Part shown: positions 12,040 to 25,829 of the stretch, piece by piece
Layout of the letters: every line of letters starts with the position of its first letter
How positions within the stretch are numbered: the stretch's first letter is position 1
From: Mustelus asterias
Taxonomy: Eukaryota
DNA: 64,000 nucleotides
Direction of reading: 5' to 3'
Assembly: GCF_964213995.1 (NCBI RefSeq)
Contig: NC_135825.1
Span: forward strand, 52,762,001-52,826,000
Notes under the pieces: generated by a model
Seen by the model: the letters and a program-made list of their open reading frames with translations, nothing else
What the model was told of the DNA's origin: nothing
Database searches by the model: none
Made by a program: the position numbers and the translations under genes

Positions 12040-12992
12040 AAAGTTTATTTATTAATGACACAAGTAGGCTTACATTAACACTGCAATGAAGTTACTATGA
12101 AAATCCCCAAGTCGCCACACTCGGTGCCTGTTTGGGTACACTGAGAGAGAATTTAGCATGACCTAACCAGCACGTCTTTCAGACATAGAGTCATAGAGGT
12201 TTATACCATGGAAACAGGCCCTTCGGCCCAACTTGTCCATGCCGCCCTTTATTTTTAACTACTAAGTTAGTCCCAATTGCCCACGTTTGGCCCATATCCC
12301 TCTATATCCACCGTACCCAGTTAACTGTCTAAATGCTTTTTAAAAGACAAAATTGAACCCGCCTCTACTACTACCTCTGGCAGCTTGTTCCAGACACTCA
12401 CCACTGTCTGTGTGAAAAAATTGTTCCTCTGGACCCTTTTGTGACTCTCCCTTCTCACCTTAAACCTATGCCCTCTGGTTTTAGACTCCTCTACCTTTGG
12501 GAAAAGATGTTGACTATCTAGCCCCTCATCATTTTATAGAGCGCTATAAGGTGACCCCTAAGCCTCCTACGCGCCAGGGAAAAAAGTCCCAGTCTATCCA
12601 GCCTCTCCTTATAACTCAAACCATCAAGTCCCAGTAGCATCCTAGTAAATCTCTTCTACACTCTTTCTAGTTTAATAATATCCTTTCTATAATAGGGTGA
12701 CCAGAACTGTACACAGTATTCCAAGTGTGGCCTCACTAATGTCTTGCACAACTTCAACAAGACGTCCCAACTCCGGTATTCAATGTTCTGACCAATGAAA
12801 CCAAACATGTCAAATGCCTTCTTCACCACTCTGTCCATCTGTGACTCCACTTTCAAGGAGGAAACCAGAGCACCCGGAGGAAACCCACACAGGTTTACAG
12901 ACTCCGCACAGACAGCGACCCAAGCTGGGAATCGAACCCGGGTACCTGACGCTGTGAGGCAGCAATGCTAACCATTGTGCCACCGTGCCGCC
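12040..12992 (-). mobile_element. HE1-type SINE interrupted by a CR1 3' fragment (12185-12858)
   Basis: SINE halves flank the CR1 RT C-terminus ESQMDRVVKKAF...RPHLEYCVQFWSP. Confidence 0.85.
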
Positions 12993-15473
12993 CTTACGAT
13001 TTAAGTTGAGTATTAGCTGGTTCCCAGTGCAGGATAACTGCACATACAATCCATGGAGAGGGAAATCCTGCCCCACCCCCCCCACCCCCATCATCCCTGG
13101 TGTAGAGCCAACTTGCTCTACACCAGCCCAACCTGTAGCTATAATGTGCTGTGTGCAGGCTAAATAGGCTGCCTGAGGGACTTCTGCCCCTCACTCGGGA
13201 GGAAGTGCCACCCTCGGGTGCTACCAGCCAATCGGATTGGCCAGCAGTCCCAAGAGCACATTAGTGGGCACTGCCAGAACTGCAAGTAGACCCAAGAACA
13301 AGATCATGCAAGGTAAGTACAGGTTATTGGACAGGGAGGGCTTTAGCTGTTTAGGGAGAGGAGCGGGGGGTAGTAGTGGTGGGTTTTGTCCAGCAGACAA
13401 GTAGGGGGGGGGGGGGGCGGGGGGTACCATCTTAGGGTGGTCTGCCCCCCAATGCACAAAGGGCACCGCCCCAAAGATAGTAACCTCTTCCTACTGGATT
13501 CCTACAAAAATTCTTTGTAAAAAAGGGGCCTGCTGCCAACTGGCCACACCAACCATTTTATGGCATGAGCAGCATATTATCGGGGTCAGTTGGCTTGTTA
13601 ACAATATTTTAAGGTGAACTCAGGAGTGGGGTGGGAAGATTGTGGGGTTGCACCTACCCTATTTTATGGTGCCCCCTCCATTCTGAAAACATTCAGTGGG
13701 GGCACACAAAATACAACCCTTAGTTTTCTTTTAAGAGTTCATTTACCACGCTTCGGGGATCTAGGATTTTGGACACCTCTCCCCATTCCTAGTTCATCTG
13801 TAGGCTGGTACATTGGCTGTGCCACGGTGTAATAACCACCTCCCCACCCTGCCAAACTGAGGGACAGCAGGGAATGGAGACAATGCATGTTTCGCTTCAC
13901 ATGAGCCATCAAAGTGGAAGCGTGCGAGTGGTAGGGCAACAATATGAGTTGCTATTAATATTTAGGATCCATCAAGAATTCGGAATATACAGAAAAGGTT
14001 GCCTGGGGGCGGAATAGTTCTGGCTACAACGTGTCAATTTTCCTTGCATTTGGCAGCCGTAACAAATGACTGGAGCGTTCCAAATGTTACACCCCTTTGT
14101 TCAAAATGAGAGAGGAATAATAGGCAGATTAAACAGATCAAAATTGTCGAGGGTTTTTTTTAAAGAGTAGATAGGGAGAAACTGTTTCCACTCACAAGAA
14201 GGACACAGATTTAAAACAATTGGTAAGAACCAGATAGTGTTGAGGAGAAATGTTTTTACACAATGTAGGAAAAGGGGTTAATTTTAATTATGTGATATGA
14301 TAATGAGACGTATTATCACGGGAAATGATTCAATGTTTCATGATCTTTCTCTCTCTTATAGGAAAGGTGGCACCTTTGGCAATCTATTCAATCACTACAT
14401 TCTGGTTCTCTAGAACATTCTATCCAATTCTGCTCTATGACATCCATTATTTCTTCCCTTTGATGAAAAAACACCATCTTTACGTGTGCGAGAAGAACTA
14501 TAGAAATGTAGCTTGTTCTTCAGACTACCCAGCTTCTTTCAATTGAGAAAGAGATGTTCCAGTAAAGTTAATGACAAAGATTTTCCAGCTCAGCCGGCCA
14601 GCAGGCTCTTCCAGTCCCACCGAAGGTAACCCCCATGGCAGCTTCCCCAGTGGAGGGGAAGAACTATAGAAATGTAGCTTGTTCTTCAAACTATCCAGTG
14701 GAGGGGTCGGCAAGCAACACAAATGGTCATTGACCTCAGCAGGACCAGAAGATCCTGTTAGCAGCTAATGGCGAGCCAAATCTGGAAACCCAGCCTCGCA
14801 AGAAGATTCCAGCCACTATGTTTTCCTTACCTCAGCAGAATCTGTAAAGATCCTCCATTAGAAAACAAGACTAATAATTTCACACATAACTGGTTATTGT
14901 GATCTTGAAAGGGTGCTGGAAACAGATTCAGTAGTAGGTTTCAAAAGAGAGCTGGATATATATTTGAAAAGGGCCAATTTTCAGGACAATGAAGAAAGAG
15001 TACGGTAGCTACTGCAAAGAGCCAGCACACGCAGGATAGAATAGCCATCTCATCTGCTGTAAAATGTAATATTATCGGAGGGGCAGGAGGGGCAGTGTTT
15101 CAATGTTAAATATGGAATTGACCTCCTTGTTGAAATGAGATTCACTGGCACAAGTCAACTTGTCACCGTTTGTAGACATTCTCAATTGAAAGAAGCTGGG
15201 TAGCCTGAAGAACAAGCTACATTTCTATAGTTCTTCTCGCACACGTAAAGATGGTGTTTTTTCATCAAAGGGAAGAAATAATGGATGTCATAGAGCAGAA
15301 TTGGAATGTTCTAGAGAACCAGAATGTAGTGATTGAATAGATTGCCAGCATAAGAGGGGAATAGGAAGCATGGTTAACATCCATGGCTAACTCTACTTCA
15401 AAAATACAAGGGAGTGAAGAATCACTTGCTGAAGTGCATAGGCCAAAACCAGAAATGGTATCGAAAAAAATGA

Positions 15474-15918
15474 CACCACTGTTGCAGTTGGTAGCACTTT
15501 CATCTGAGCCGAACGGTTGCAGGTTCAAGTCCCTCTCTAGATTGAGTGCAAAATCAAGGTTGACACTCCAGTGCAATACTGAGGGAGTTTTACACTGTCA
15601 AAGGTGCCATCTTTTGGATAAGACATTAAACTGAGGCCCCACCTGATCAGTCATAAAAGATTGAGAAGTACTATTTTGGAAGAAGAGCAGGGAAGTTATC
15701 CTGGTACTTTGGCCAATATTTACCTTCAGTCAACATTACAAAAAAGAGAGAGATGATCTGGTCATTGTTACCTTGCTGTTTGTGTGAACTGCGTGCAAAT
15801 TGGCTGCTGTGTTTCCAACATTACAAAGTGCCTACACCTCGGAAATACTTCATTGGCTGTATCGGACTTTGGAACTTCCAGTCAACAGGAATGGTGCTAC
15901 AGAAATGCAAGTCCTTCT
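15474..15918 (+). mobile_element. DeuSINE/SacSINE1-like SINE, near full length
   Basis: tRNA-like head, Deu-domain-like core (GAAGAGCAGGG...GGCCAATATTTA) and L2-like tail. Related copies at about 19790-20087, 36070-36370 and 55520-55950 (all - strand). Confidence 0.7.
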
Positions 15919-16699
15919 TATTTCTCTAGCTGCTGCTGAACATCAAATGGTGAGATGACATATGTTTGAGTAACTAATGCAAACTAGCTCAATGGCACAA
16001 TAACACCATGTTATTGTGAAGCAGAAATAAAGGGTGCATGGAGTACAAAAGATACCTACAGAAGCTGTTGTATATTTGGGCAGTATCAGACATCTGCTGC
16101 TTTGTTTCCAGAGGCAGGTGAGGTTTGAGCTCATCAATGAACAAAGTATATAAGCAAATATTTTGCAAATTTGCTCACTGTAAACATTGCTAGGGTTGAT
16201 CTCCGCTCTCTATTAGAGGACAATCCAAATAGGTTATTATATTGGAGGAGTGCAGCTGACTACAAGATGGTGATTCTCTTACCATGGACTGCACTCTTGA
16301 TAGGTCTGCGGGAAATCAGTGGTATTACCTCCTGGCATCCGTAACAGCACAGAAAGTGAGCAGAACTGGCACTGCATCAGAATACTAATACCTCAAAACC
16401 AATGCTAAATATAGGCCTCTGACATGTGATTAAGTGGGACATGGATTTCTCATAATGTAAGGATATATCCCATATTCTATCCCTTGTACAGTTGAAGATG
16501 GTCAAATATTAATAGGAAAATGCAGTGCCAATAGACTGCTCCCTCGAGGCAGGAGCTACAAAATCGTTCACATTTCCAAGCGTGAGGTATTTTTTTTCAA
16601 AAGAAAACACTTCTTACCTGATTGGTTGTTTTTTTCCTAGAAATCAGGTATTCTAGTACAGGATGTTTTTGAAACCTTGAATTGGTGGTTGTGTCAGGC

Positions 16700-17040
16700 T
16701 AGAATCATAGAAACCCTACAGTGCAGAAAGAGGCCATGGGGCCCATCGAGTCTGCACCGACCACAATCCCACCCAGGCCCTACCCCCATATCCCCACATA
16801 TTTTACCCACTAATCCCTCTGACCTAAACATCCCACTAAGGGGCAATTTTAGCATGGCCAATCAACCTAACCCGCACATCTTTGGACTGTGGGAGGAAAC
16901 CGGAGCACCCGGAGGAAACCCACGCAGACACGAGGAGAATGTGCAAACTCCACACAGGCAGTGACCCGAGCCGGGAATCGAACCCAGGTCCCTGGAGTTG
17001 TGAAGCAGCAGTGCTAACCACTGTGCTACCGTGCCGCCCT
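16700..17040 (-). mobile_element. HE1-type SINE, young full-length copy
   Basis: GGGCGGCACGGTAGCACAGTGGTTAGCACTGCTGC head and a CR1-like tail. Confidence 0.9.
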
Positions 17041-18077
17041 AAACACCCTACAAATTGACCATGCAAGATTCTTAATTAAATATCACCTAACGTTTGCCCT
17101 TGTCGAAAGAATTTAGGTGGAAGTTCTCAGCTTCTTTGAGAGTTTTGTCCTGGATGAACATATGATGGCTAGTTGACGTTAATAATGAGGTGGAGATGAG
17201 CTGAACCTGGTGTTGTAAGACTTCTTACTGTGCCATTAATAATGTACATGTCCATGCTTGTGTAATCTGACTGTGGAACTCAGGCGCTCTGCTACACCCA
17301 CGAGAAAACTACGATTCCCTGGTTCATCTGGGTCAAAAACAGAGATAAATTAAAACATCTGTTCACACAGGAGTCACTGTGAACCTTTACTGATAGCATT
17401 GCTGCTCTGGAGATAGGTTGTTACAAACATTAAGTATAGAGTTCCCCCTGTTGGCTAAAGTAACAAACGCATTCACCAGTATGGAATTGAATGCAATGGA
17501 TGAGACGGTTTTCACGCCTGTGATAACAGCAACTGCCGCTCTCACTTCCAGCAGAAGTAAAAGTTGCCCCCCACACATAAAAGTGTTTCACACCCTCCCA
17601 GGTCCTTCCCAATTACCGTCTTCCTTGGTGCTTGTCCAGGCTGACACAATCCACACCATCTCTCTCTCTCTCTCTCTCCCCCCCCCCATTACCCCATCTT
17701 TGTGACCTCCACCAGCATTGCTCTGTTTTATCTCTGAGACATCCGCAAGCCGCATGTCCCTGTTTGCATCCTCTTGTTTTCTATCACAATTTTATTCCAT
17801 ATTCCCTACTCCCTCTGTGTTGCAGCCATTATGTCACTTTGCCTCTTCCATCTGTCTTTGCTTCACTACTCAAAGATGTGCAGATTAGGTTGATTGGCCA
17901 TGCTAAATTGACCCTTAGTGTGGGGGGATTAGTAGGGTAAATACGTGGGGTTACGAAGATAGGGCTTGGGTGGGATGGGTGGTGCAGGCTCCATGGGCTG
18001 AATGGCCTCCTTTTGCACTATAGGGATTCTATAATTTTGTTCTGTTTTTCAAAAGCCTTTCCCAAAATTTTTCAACA

Positions 18078-18425
18078 GGGGGCGGCACAGTGGTTAGCAC
18101 TGCTGCCTCACAGCACTAGGGACACGGGTTCAATTCCAGCCTTGGGTCACTGCCTATGTGGAGTTTGTAGGTTCCCCCTGTGTCTGCATGGGTTTCCTGC
18201 GGTTTCCTCCCACAGTCCAAAGATGTGCTGGTTAGGTGGATTGGCCATGCTAAATTGCCCCTTCATGTCATGGGATGTGTGGGTTAGGGGGATTATTAAT
18301 GAGGTAAATGTGTGGGGTTATGCGGATGGGGCAGGGTGTGGGCCTGTAAGATGCTCTGTCGGAGAATCTGTGCACTTGTGATGGGCTGAAAGGCTTCCTT
18401 CTGCATTGTAGGAATTCTATGATTA
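18078..18425 (+). mobile_element. HE1-type SINE
   Basis: Same head, body and tail; partial copies at about 17870-18030 (+) and 19277-19502 (-). Confidence 0.85.
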
Positions 18426-21389
18426 TCACCACCATTGACTGTGCTTTCACCCCCAACTCCCAACCTTGTTCTATTTTACCCCTATTTCTCTCTTCCTTGG
18501 TAGTCACCTTTCAGTAAAGTCATTATTCATCCATTATTCCCTATGTCAGCTGCATGTGAGAATCCCACGCCCGGACCCCAAGTTGAATGTTATAGTATTT
18601 TCTCTCTCCCTGCAACAGGACAATTTTATTGACAAAATAAAAATATCTCCCATCATCCTTGGCAGCTGTTACATCAATTCAATAAAATGATTAAGTTATA
18701 ATTTGAGCATCACTCTCTATGGATGTGCGCATCGCTGTGTAAGCAGACAATATTCTGTAATGATTGTGAGGAATTATTTAAAAAGATATGTCCTTTTTTG
18801 TGCACCCTGAAACATTGGGCTAGATTTTCTCATCAGGTCCGTATGGATCATCAAGGCTTGTCAGCAGAACTTTACATGGGGTGAGCTCCTAATTGGCTGC
18901 CTCTGCTTTCACTGTCCAATTAAGGATAGCAGGCAGGTTCCCAAGGCCAGGAAGCTCAACGAGAGGTACTAGCCAGTGTGAATGGCTAGTAGTTTGGAAA
19001 GGGTGGAGGCCAGCAAGTGGAGCACTGGAGATGTTGAGTCACCAGGCAATGAAAATGTGGACTAGAATTTTGGCAACAGTGGATTAAGACACAGCAGAGT
19101 CATTCAAGAGGCTGCAGGTGGAAGAAAGTAATTTTGGTAATGGATCAGAACTGAGAATGAAGTGAAATTCAAGGTGGAGCAGTACACTAACATATCACGC
19201 CTCAAACTCAACCCGAGGACATACAGTTGGGTCGACAAGTAATGACCTTAAGATCAATGAAGAGGGTATAGCTTCATAGAATTCCTACAGTGCTGAAGGA
19301 GGCCATTCGGCCCATCGGGACTGCATCGACAACAATCCCACCTAAGCTTTATCTCTGTCACCCCACATACTTACCCTCAAACGTACGCATCCCGGGAGAC
19401 TAAGGGGTTATTTAGCATGGCCAAAGCACTTAACCCGCACATCTTTGGACTATGGAAGGAAACCGGAGCACCCAGAGGAAACCCACGCAGACATGGGGAG
19501 AACTTATTGGGGAAAAAAACAAAGGTATCAAAATGCGTAATCTGTATTAAGCTCCTAGTGTGAAAAATGGTAAGTTGTCAATACAAGTGGCTTTTGGCAG
19601 CATTTGTCGTTTCAATGTTTTGAACACTTAGCATTCGTTTATCTTTTTAAATATAGATTGCACTGACGTTCAACATTAGGTAATTCTGGAGCCCAGTTTG
19701 CTTACAGTAGTGAAGAAGTAATTATGTAATTAATTAATTAATAATTAATAAAGTAATTTCTTAGGGTAGGGAAGCAAAGCTTTGGGTTTAAAGAAAGACT
19801 TGCATTTACGAAGGGCTTTTAATCTCAAAAAACTTTACAGTCAATGAAATACTTTTCAAATGTGCTCACTGATGTAATGTAAGATGCACAGCAGCCAATG
19901 TGCCCACAGCAAATCCCATAAATAGCAGTGATAATGACCAGATATACTGTTTTGGGGATGTTGTCTGAGGGAAAAATATTGGCTAGGGCAACGGGGATAG
20001 ATCCCTTCTTTGAAATCGTGCAATGGAATCATTTACATCCACCTGAGAGGCCAGACGGGGCCACAGTTTCATGTCTCATCCGAAAGGTGATCGGAACAAT
20101 GATCAGAAAATCTGATACAACATCCACCTGAATCCTTGAAAGACACTCCCAGTATGTGAAGATTCAGTCGGGCGTGCAAAAGTTAAAAATGATCCCTACA
20201 ATGCCTACAGTAGTCAGGACCCGAAGAATAGGCAGCAGCGACACAGAGGTAGCTACAGGGAGGAACCGGGAGGAAAGGTCAAACCTGGTCAAAAGCAGCG
20301 GAGAACTGAGAGGCGAAGGAAATTGAGCAAGGAGCAATATAAACACAACAGATATCTTTGTTCCATGAAGTTTCAGGCTGTGGGTGGAAGAAAAACTGGT
20401 TTGGAGGGTCTTGATGACGCAAGATAATGATTTTTGTGTTTCTATAAAGAATAGAAATGTCGAGTGGCTGCATCAACTCCCTCTGTGAACATTCAGTTTG
20501 ATTCAGTAAATCAGAAACTGTGCACCTTTCCACAATCCCAGCATTTGTCTTTTGTTTCAGAATTTGTAGTTTTCTGTTTTTACTTATTCTATTTGAAGAT
20601 TTTCTTTCCCATACTTTGCAAACAGCCTGACATGATTGTTTTTTTAAATGCTTGAATTATTTAAACAGGCGACAAATTAACATATAAAGTTCCTGATCAA
20701 ATGTATAATTTCCATTTACTATTCGCACGCACTCCATGCGACTGCGATCAGATTTCAGATAAGACAAGAAATGTTTTTCAGGATCCTCCTCTTTTGAATT
20801 GTTCAGAGCTAGGGTGACCTCAAACCACTCCACGTACTGCATTAGATCTGGGTGGAGACAGGAGGTGTTAACAATCTCTACCAAGTGTTCTGCAAGTTGC
20901 TGTTTGCAGAGACACTCAGCTCATAACACTTGTGGACTTTGCCTCCATTACGTGACCTTCCACAGACACTAAACTGATAAGATAAGAAATGTTTATTTTT
21001 ATCTTAAAAAGACATGGTGTAATGAATGCAGGTCAACCAGTGTTGGCATCTTGCCACGGACTACACTGTGGTGGGGGAAGCAATGGCTGCCATGACGGGA
21101 GAGGAATTTAGCCACTATAGTGTTGGCTTTGAATACCACTCCTCATGGGACCATTCGGTCTGGGAATTAACACAAATATTCCATCATTGTATTGTAAGAA
21201 AAAGCCACAGTATATAAATAAATGGTTTCATTCCATTTTACAAATACAGTGAAGATATTTTAAACAATCTTGCCTCATTCCTCAAGAGGTCATGGGGGTG
21301 GGGGGAGGAAATTCAGAGGCTGGGATATCAAAATGGCAGCTAGTAGGGGGCAAATGACAGATAAAGGCCACGGGAACACAACATGGATG

Positions 21390-21478
21390 CTGGGTGGGTT
21401 GGGGGGGGTGGGGGGGGGGTGTGGGGGGTGGGTAGTGGGGGGTGGGTAGTGGGGGGTGAGGTGGGGGGGTTGGGGGCG
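21390..21478 (+). repeat. G-rich low-complexity tract (G-quadruplex-prone)
   Basis: More than 10 runs of three or more G. Confidence 0.7.
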
Positions 21479-22529
21479 TTACAGAGGCCAGTGGTTTGGG
21501 TGGGTGTTGGGCAGTAATGTTATGGAATTTGTGGCAGAATGTAAATTGGGAGAGATATTATGGTGGAAAGCAGATACCATGGTGGGGGTGGCTGCGGGAG
21601 GAAGATTTACTTGCAAACTTGTTAAGGTGTTTTTTGAAAAACATAGACTCAACTGGGACGAAATTGTACCTCTTGTGTACTGCTGAGTCTCCTTCCAGGC
21701 TTGGCACAAACTTTGCTTTAGTTTATCTTAAGAAAGAGTTAAGTAAATCCAATTTATTAAACAACCACTGTTTTCCTCATTAAGAAAAATTGTCAGCATG
21801 GTTCCCTGAGGACTTCAGTAAGGTAATGAGAAAGGTCATCCATGTTGTTGTCTATATTCAAGTGCCAGAACTCAATCATTATACTATCTGGGAATATCTA
21901 TTATTGATTCCCAGTATGGAGACATCCTTCATCATTCAGAGGTTCTTTGGCTCAGTAGAGGTTAAGTCCTGGAAAGATTCCTCAAGCTTCACCTTGAAGT
22001 TTATTTTTTTTCCCCGCTGAAAGTGGTGCAAGTTATCCTGAGCTACACAAGGTTGATTTCTGGTACCAAAAAATGCAATTTTCCATTACTGAGATGTTAA
22101 CACCATTTAAACTGATCTGCAGGGAGAAAATAAATTAATAACCCAGATGGCTAGCAGAATTTTGCATCTGCAGAGGAACCCAAGGTGTACCTTGAAATTT
22201 CAATTCAGGATTCCACAAGCTTTTCCAAACATCCATCCCCTCATTCATGATAATCCAGAAGAAGAAATGTGACATGTTGCATCCAATTGTTGACCCACCT
22301 GAAGAAAAAAATACTTTACAGAATACAGAACTATAAACGCTTTTAACCATCCTTTCCGTCTCATTGAAAATCCATGAGTAATGTCAATCAAAGATGTGTC
22401 AGAACTAAGTATTCTTGGCTATGAAACGGGATATTTAAAAATGAATGGATTGACTTGCAGCAAGATTTGGGACTGTAAGGTACATTCGAAGAGAAAGCTA
22501 AACTGGGGAATGTAACTGAGTTCGAGAAA

Positions 22530-23690
22530 ATGCAAAATTTTGTGGATGCTGGAATCTGAAACAAAAACAGAAAATGCTGGAAAATCTCAGGTCTGACAGC
22601 CTCTGTGGAGGGAGAATAGAGACAACAGGGGGTGATTCTCTCAAACGTGCTGAATTGGTGGGAAAACTGTTCCAGATCACGACTGTTTTCCCAGTACAGC
22701 TTTAGACCTGAATCTCCGCACTCTGTGGCAATGTCGAGTTCACAATCGGGAATCTCATTAAAAACCCGGGGGATGGGGGGGCCCATTCACACCAGAGTCT
22801 GACAGCTCCGGAACTCTGCGCATGCGGTGGTCCCGATCTGTCAGTCTCCCTGTTTGCTGGGCAGCTCAATCACTGGCCAGCACGGGACCCCTGCACTGCT
22901 GCCCCTCCAGCCCCCCACCCCCACCCCGCCCACGGCCTGATCGCGAACCCCACGATAATTCCCGGGCCAGCCCCAACCAACCCCCCCGGAGCACACCGAT
23001 GTCCAGCCCCCACCCCGCCCCAGCAGTGGCGAATTCCCCACTCCCTCCCCACCCCAAGGGTCAGACCCTTCCCCGGGGAGGCAGGCAGGCAACCCCCCCC
23101 TCCCCCGGCAGACCACACCCCGCCCCCCATGCCCGTCCTGATCGCTGGCCTCCCCCCAGCCCCACTGATCGCCCCAATGCTCCACCCACAATAGGCCCAC
23201 TCTCTTGGCACTGCCCACTTTGCCCCTTGGCTGGCACTGCCATGGTGCCTATGCCCAGGGGGCACCACCCCCTCCACTGCCCAACCCCCTGGGGAGCCCA
23301 ATTGCCCCCCCCACTTCATTCCGGCGGGGCGGGTGATTCAATCGGGCCCGGCAAGTTCCTGATAATCACATGCAAAACATATTTTTAAAAGATTCTAATC
23401 ACTTACCTGTCTTCCTGCCGGTTTCCAGGGTGGTCTGGACTCTGACTGTTCTTCAGCTCTGGAGGATGCGCATGCGTTCCCGGCGCTTGAGCAAATCCCG
23501 GAAAAAGGCTGACGAAGTGATTCTCCCGACCGGACCCGCCAGGAAAGTTTCAGGTCGCGATGGGAGAATCAGGCCCAATGTTTTGAGTCAGGATGACCCT
23601 TCATCAGAGCTCTGACTCAAAACCTTGGCTCTATTCTCTCTCCACACGTGTTATCAGACCTGCCGAGATTTTCCAGCATTTTCTGTTATT
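22530..23690. mobile_element. Palindromic Penelope-pLTR-derived element with a GC-rich MITE-like element (about 22628-23577) inserted
   Basis: Left arm 22530-22626 plus 23578-23610 and right arm 23612-23690 are inverted copies. The insert has TIRs GGGGGTGATTCTC / GAGAATCAGGCCC; a related copy lies at about 10998-11310. Confidence 0.6.
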
Positions 23691-23729
23691 ATTTTGGAAA
23701 ATGTTTGCAGAACAATACCCTTCTCTGTT

Positions 23730-24270
23730 ATAGAAACATAGAAAAACTACAGCACAAACAGGCCCTTCGGCCCACAAGTTGTGCCGAACACATCCCTACC
23801 TTCTAGACCTACCTATAACCCTCCATCCAATTACGCTCCATGTACTCATCCAGGAGTCTCTTAAAAGACCCTATTGAGTTCGCCTCCACCACCACTGACG
23901 GCAGCCGACTCCACTCACCCACCACCCTCTGTGTGAAAAACGTACCCCTAACATCTCCCCTGTACCTACCCCCCAGCACCCTAAACCTGTGTCCTCTCGT
24001 AGCAGACATTTCCACCCTGGGAAAAAGCCTCTGAGAGTCCACCTGATCTATGCCTCTCAACATCTTATACACCTCTATTAGGTCTCCTCTCATCCTTCAT
24101 CTCTCCAAGGAGAAAAGACCGAGCTCGCTCAGCCTATCCTCATAAGGCATGCCACTCAATCCAGGCAACATCCTTGCAAATCTCCTCTGCACCCTTTCAA
24201 TCTTTTCCACATCCTTCCTATAGTGAGGCGACCAGACTGAGTGGGGTCTGACGAGGGTCTTATATAGCTT
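23730..24270 (-). mobile_element. CR1 3' fragment
   Basis: ORF RGDLIEVYKM...FFTQRVV and a microsatellite tail. Confidence 0.9.
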
Positions 24271-24699
24271 CCTGGACCAAAAAGATTCTATCAATGTTTG
24301 GGTTTACATATCTATACAAAGCAACTTCCAGCAATTTAAAATTCATAAAGAATAGCAGAATCTGAGTGAGCCATATATATATACTTGGACCAGCATCTTA
24401 GCTTGCAATTTCAAAAGGACCAGCAACCATTAACAAAATAATGCAGAATCTGATAGGTCCTACCCATCAACAACAAAATAAAGATAAGATGCGATATTTA
24501 TGTATTTTTATTGTAACTCATATGTTTATGTTTTGGAATCAGTTTTTGTGTTTTAACAGGCTATCTTTTTGAAGAATTAAATCATAATGAATCTATAAGT
24601 ATTTTTTTTTAAATTGTACTTGCACCCTGATTAAAATTTCCCAATATTTCAGTTAACCCTTACTATTTTCTGACTGAATACCACGGTTCTGGACTTTCC

Positions 24700-25500
24700 A
24701 CTAGAGGCCAGAAGCAGTCCTGTGGGTAAACCAATACTGCTGTAATGCTGGTCGCAGGTTTACTCAGCAGCAGTGATCCCCAAGCTCCTATAAGCTTCAG
24801 AGACTTGGGCAATGACAGCAGTCACTTAAAAACGCTGGAGAACTACCACCAGTCTGTCTTCTCAGGATCCTCCAAATTCAGTAGCAATAAAGGCGGCCCA
24901 ACAGCAGTCTCCTGTCCAGAGCCAACTGGTTCAGCATCGAGGTTCTAATAATTCAAAATCAGCTCTGCTGGACAGGACATGTTGTTCATGTGCCTGAAAC
25001 CAGACTCCTGAAGTAATTGCTCTACTCTGAACTCAGTCGCGACAGAAGACTCACATGAAGACAGCAGAAACACTTTATGGACGTCCTCAAAGCATCCATG
25101 AAGAGGTTAAACATACCTGCTGACACATAGAAACATAGAAACCCTACAGTGCAGAAAGAGGCCATTTGGCCCATCGAGTCTGCACCGACCACAATCCCAC
25201 CCAGGCCCTACCCCCTTATCCCTACATATTTACCCACTAATCCCTCTAACCTACGCATCTAAGGACACTAAGGTGCAATTTTAGCATGGCCAATCAACCT
25301 AACCTGCACATCTTTGGACTGTGGGAGGAAACCCACGTGGGAGACCCTGGCTTGTGAGTAACCAAAATGGAGAAACTTTATTCGAGAAGGCACCAAATTC
25401 ATGAACTTGTTGGGAACATGCAGAAGCAAAGTCAAGGCGTCAGAAGGAGCATATCAATCTCAAACTACCCGCTTGCCTAACCCTTCAAGCATCACCTGCC
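24700..25500 (+). mobile_element. Decayed RTE-clade LINE 3' end with an HE1 SINE (25126-25336, - strand) inserted
   Basis: Frame SIEVLIIQNQLCWTGHVVHVPETRLLK*LLYSEL...KHFMDVLKASMKRLNI resumes after the SINE as WETLACE*PKWRNFIREG. Confidence 0.75.
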
Positions 25501-25514
25501 CCAGATTTTCTTTT

Positions 25515-25813
25515 CATTTACTAGTGTCACAAGTGGGCTTACGTTAACACTGCAATGAAATTACTGTGAAAATCCCCTAGTCGCCACACTCCGGTACCTG
25601 TTCAGGTACACCGGGGGAGAATTTAGCATGGCCAATGAACCTAACCAGCACATCTTTTGGACTGCGGGAGGAAACTGGGACATCCGGAGGAAACCCACAC
25701 AGAAACAGGGAGAATGTGCAAACTTCACGCAAACAGTGACCCAAGCTGGGAATCAAACCCGGGTTCATGGCACTGTGAGGCAGCAGTGCTAACCACTATG
25801 CCACCATGTCACC
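25515..25813 (-). mobile_element. HE1-type SINE, variant with CAGTAACTTCATTGCAGTGTTAATGTAAGCC tail
   Basis: Same subtype as the + strand copies at about 29690-29968, 39248-39512, 48000-48300 and 53426-53692. Confidence 0.85.
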
Positions 25814-25829
25814 CCATCAAACTTCACAG

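Noticed and set aside
17387-17705. Overlapping short ORFs on both strands
   Set aside because: No recognisable homology or consistent splice context.
19175-19195. GTGGAGCAGTACACT (VEQYT), resembling the NFYA N-terminus MEQYT
   Set aside because: No ATG, the similarity stops after five residues, it is on the wrong strand for a head-to-head gene, and it lies in apparently decayed repeat.
20140-20427. About 95 open codons on the + strand (TLPVCEDSVGRAK...)
   Set aside because: No early start codon or good acceptor; purine-rich composition lowers stop frequency.
22822-23388. 188-aa proline-rich ORF and overlapping ORFs (also 34337-34954 and 26123-26514)
   Set aside because: Artefacts of GC-rich, low-complexity repeat interiors that are open in several frames.
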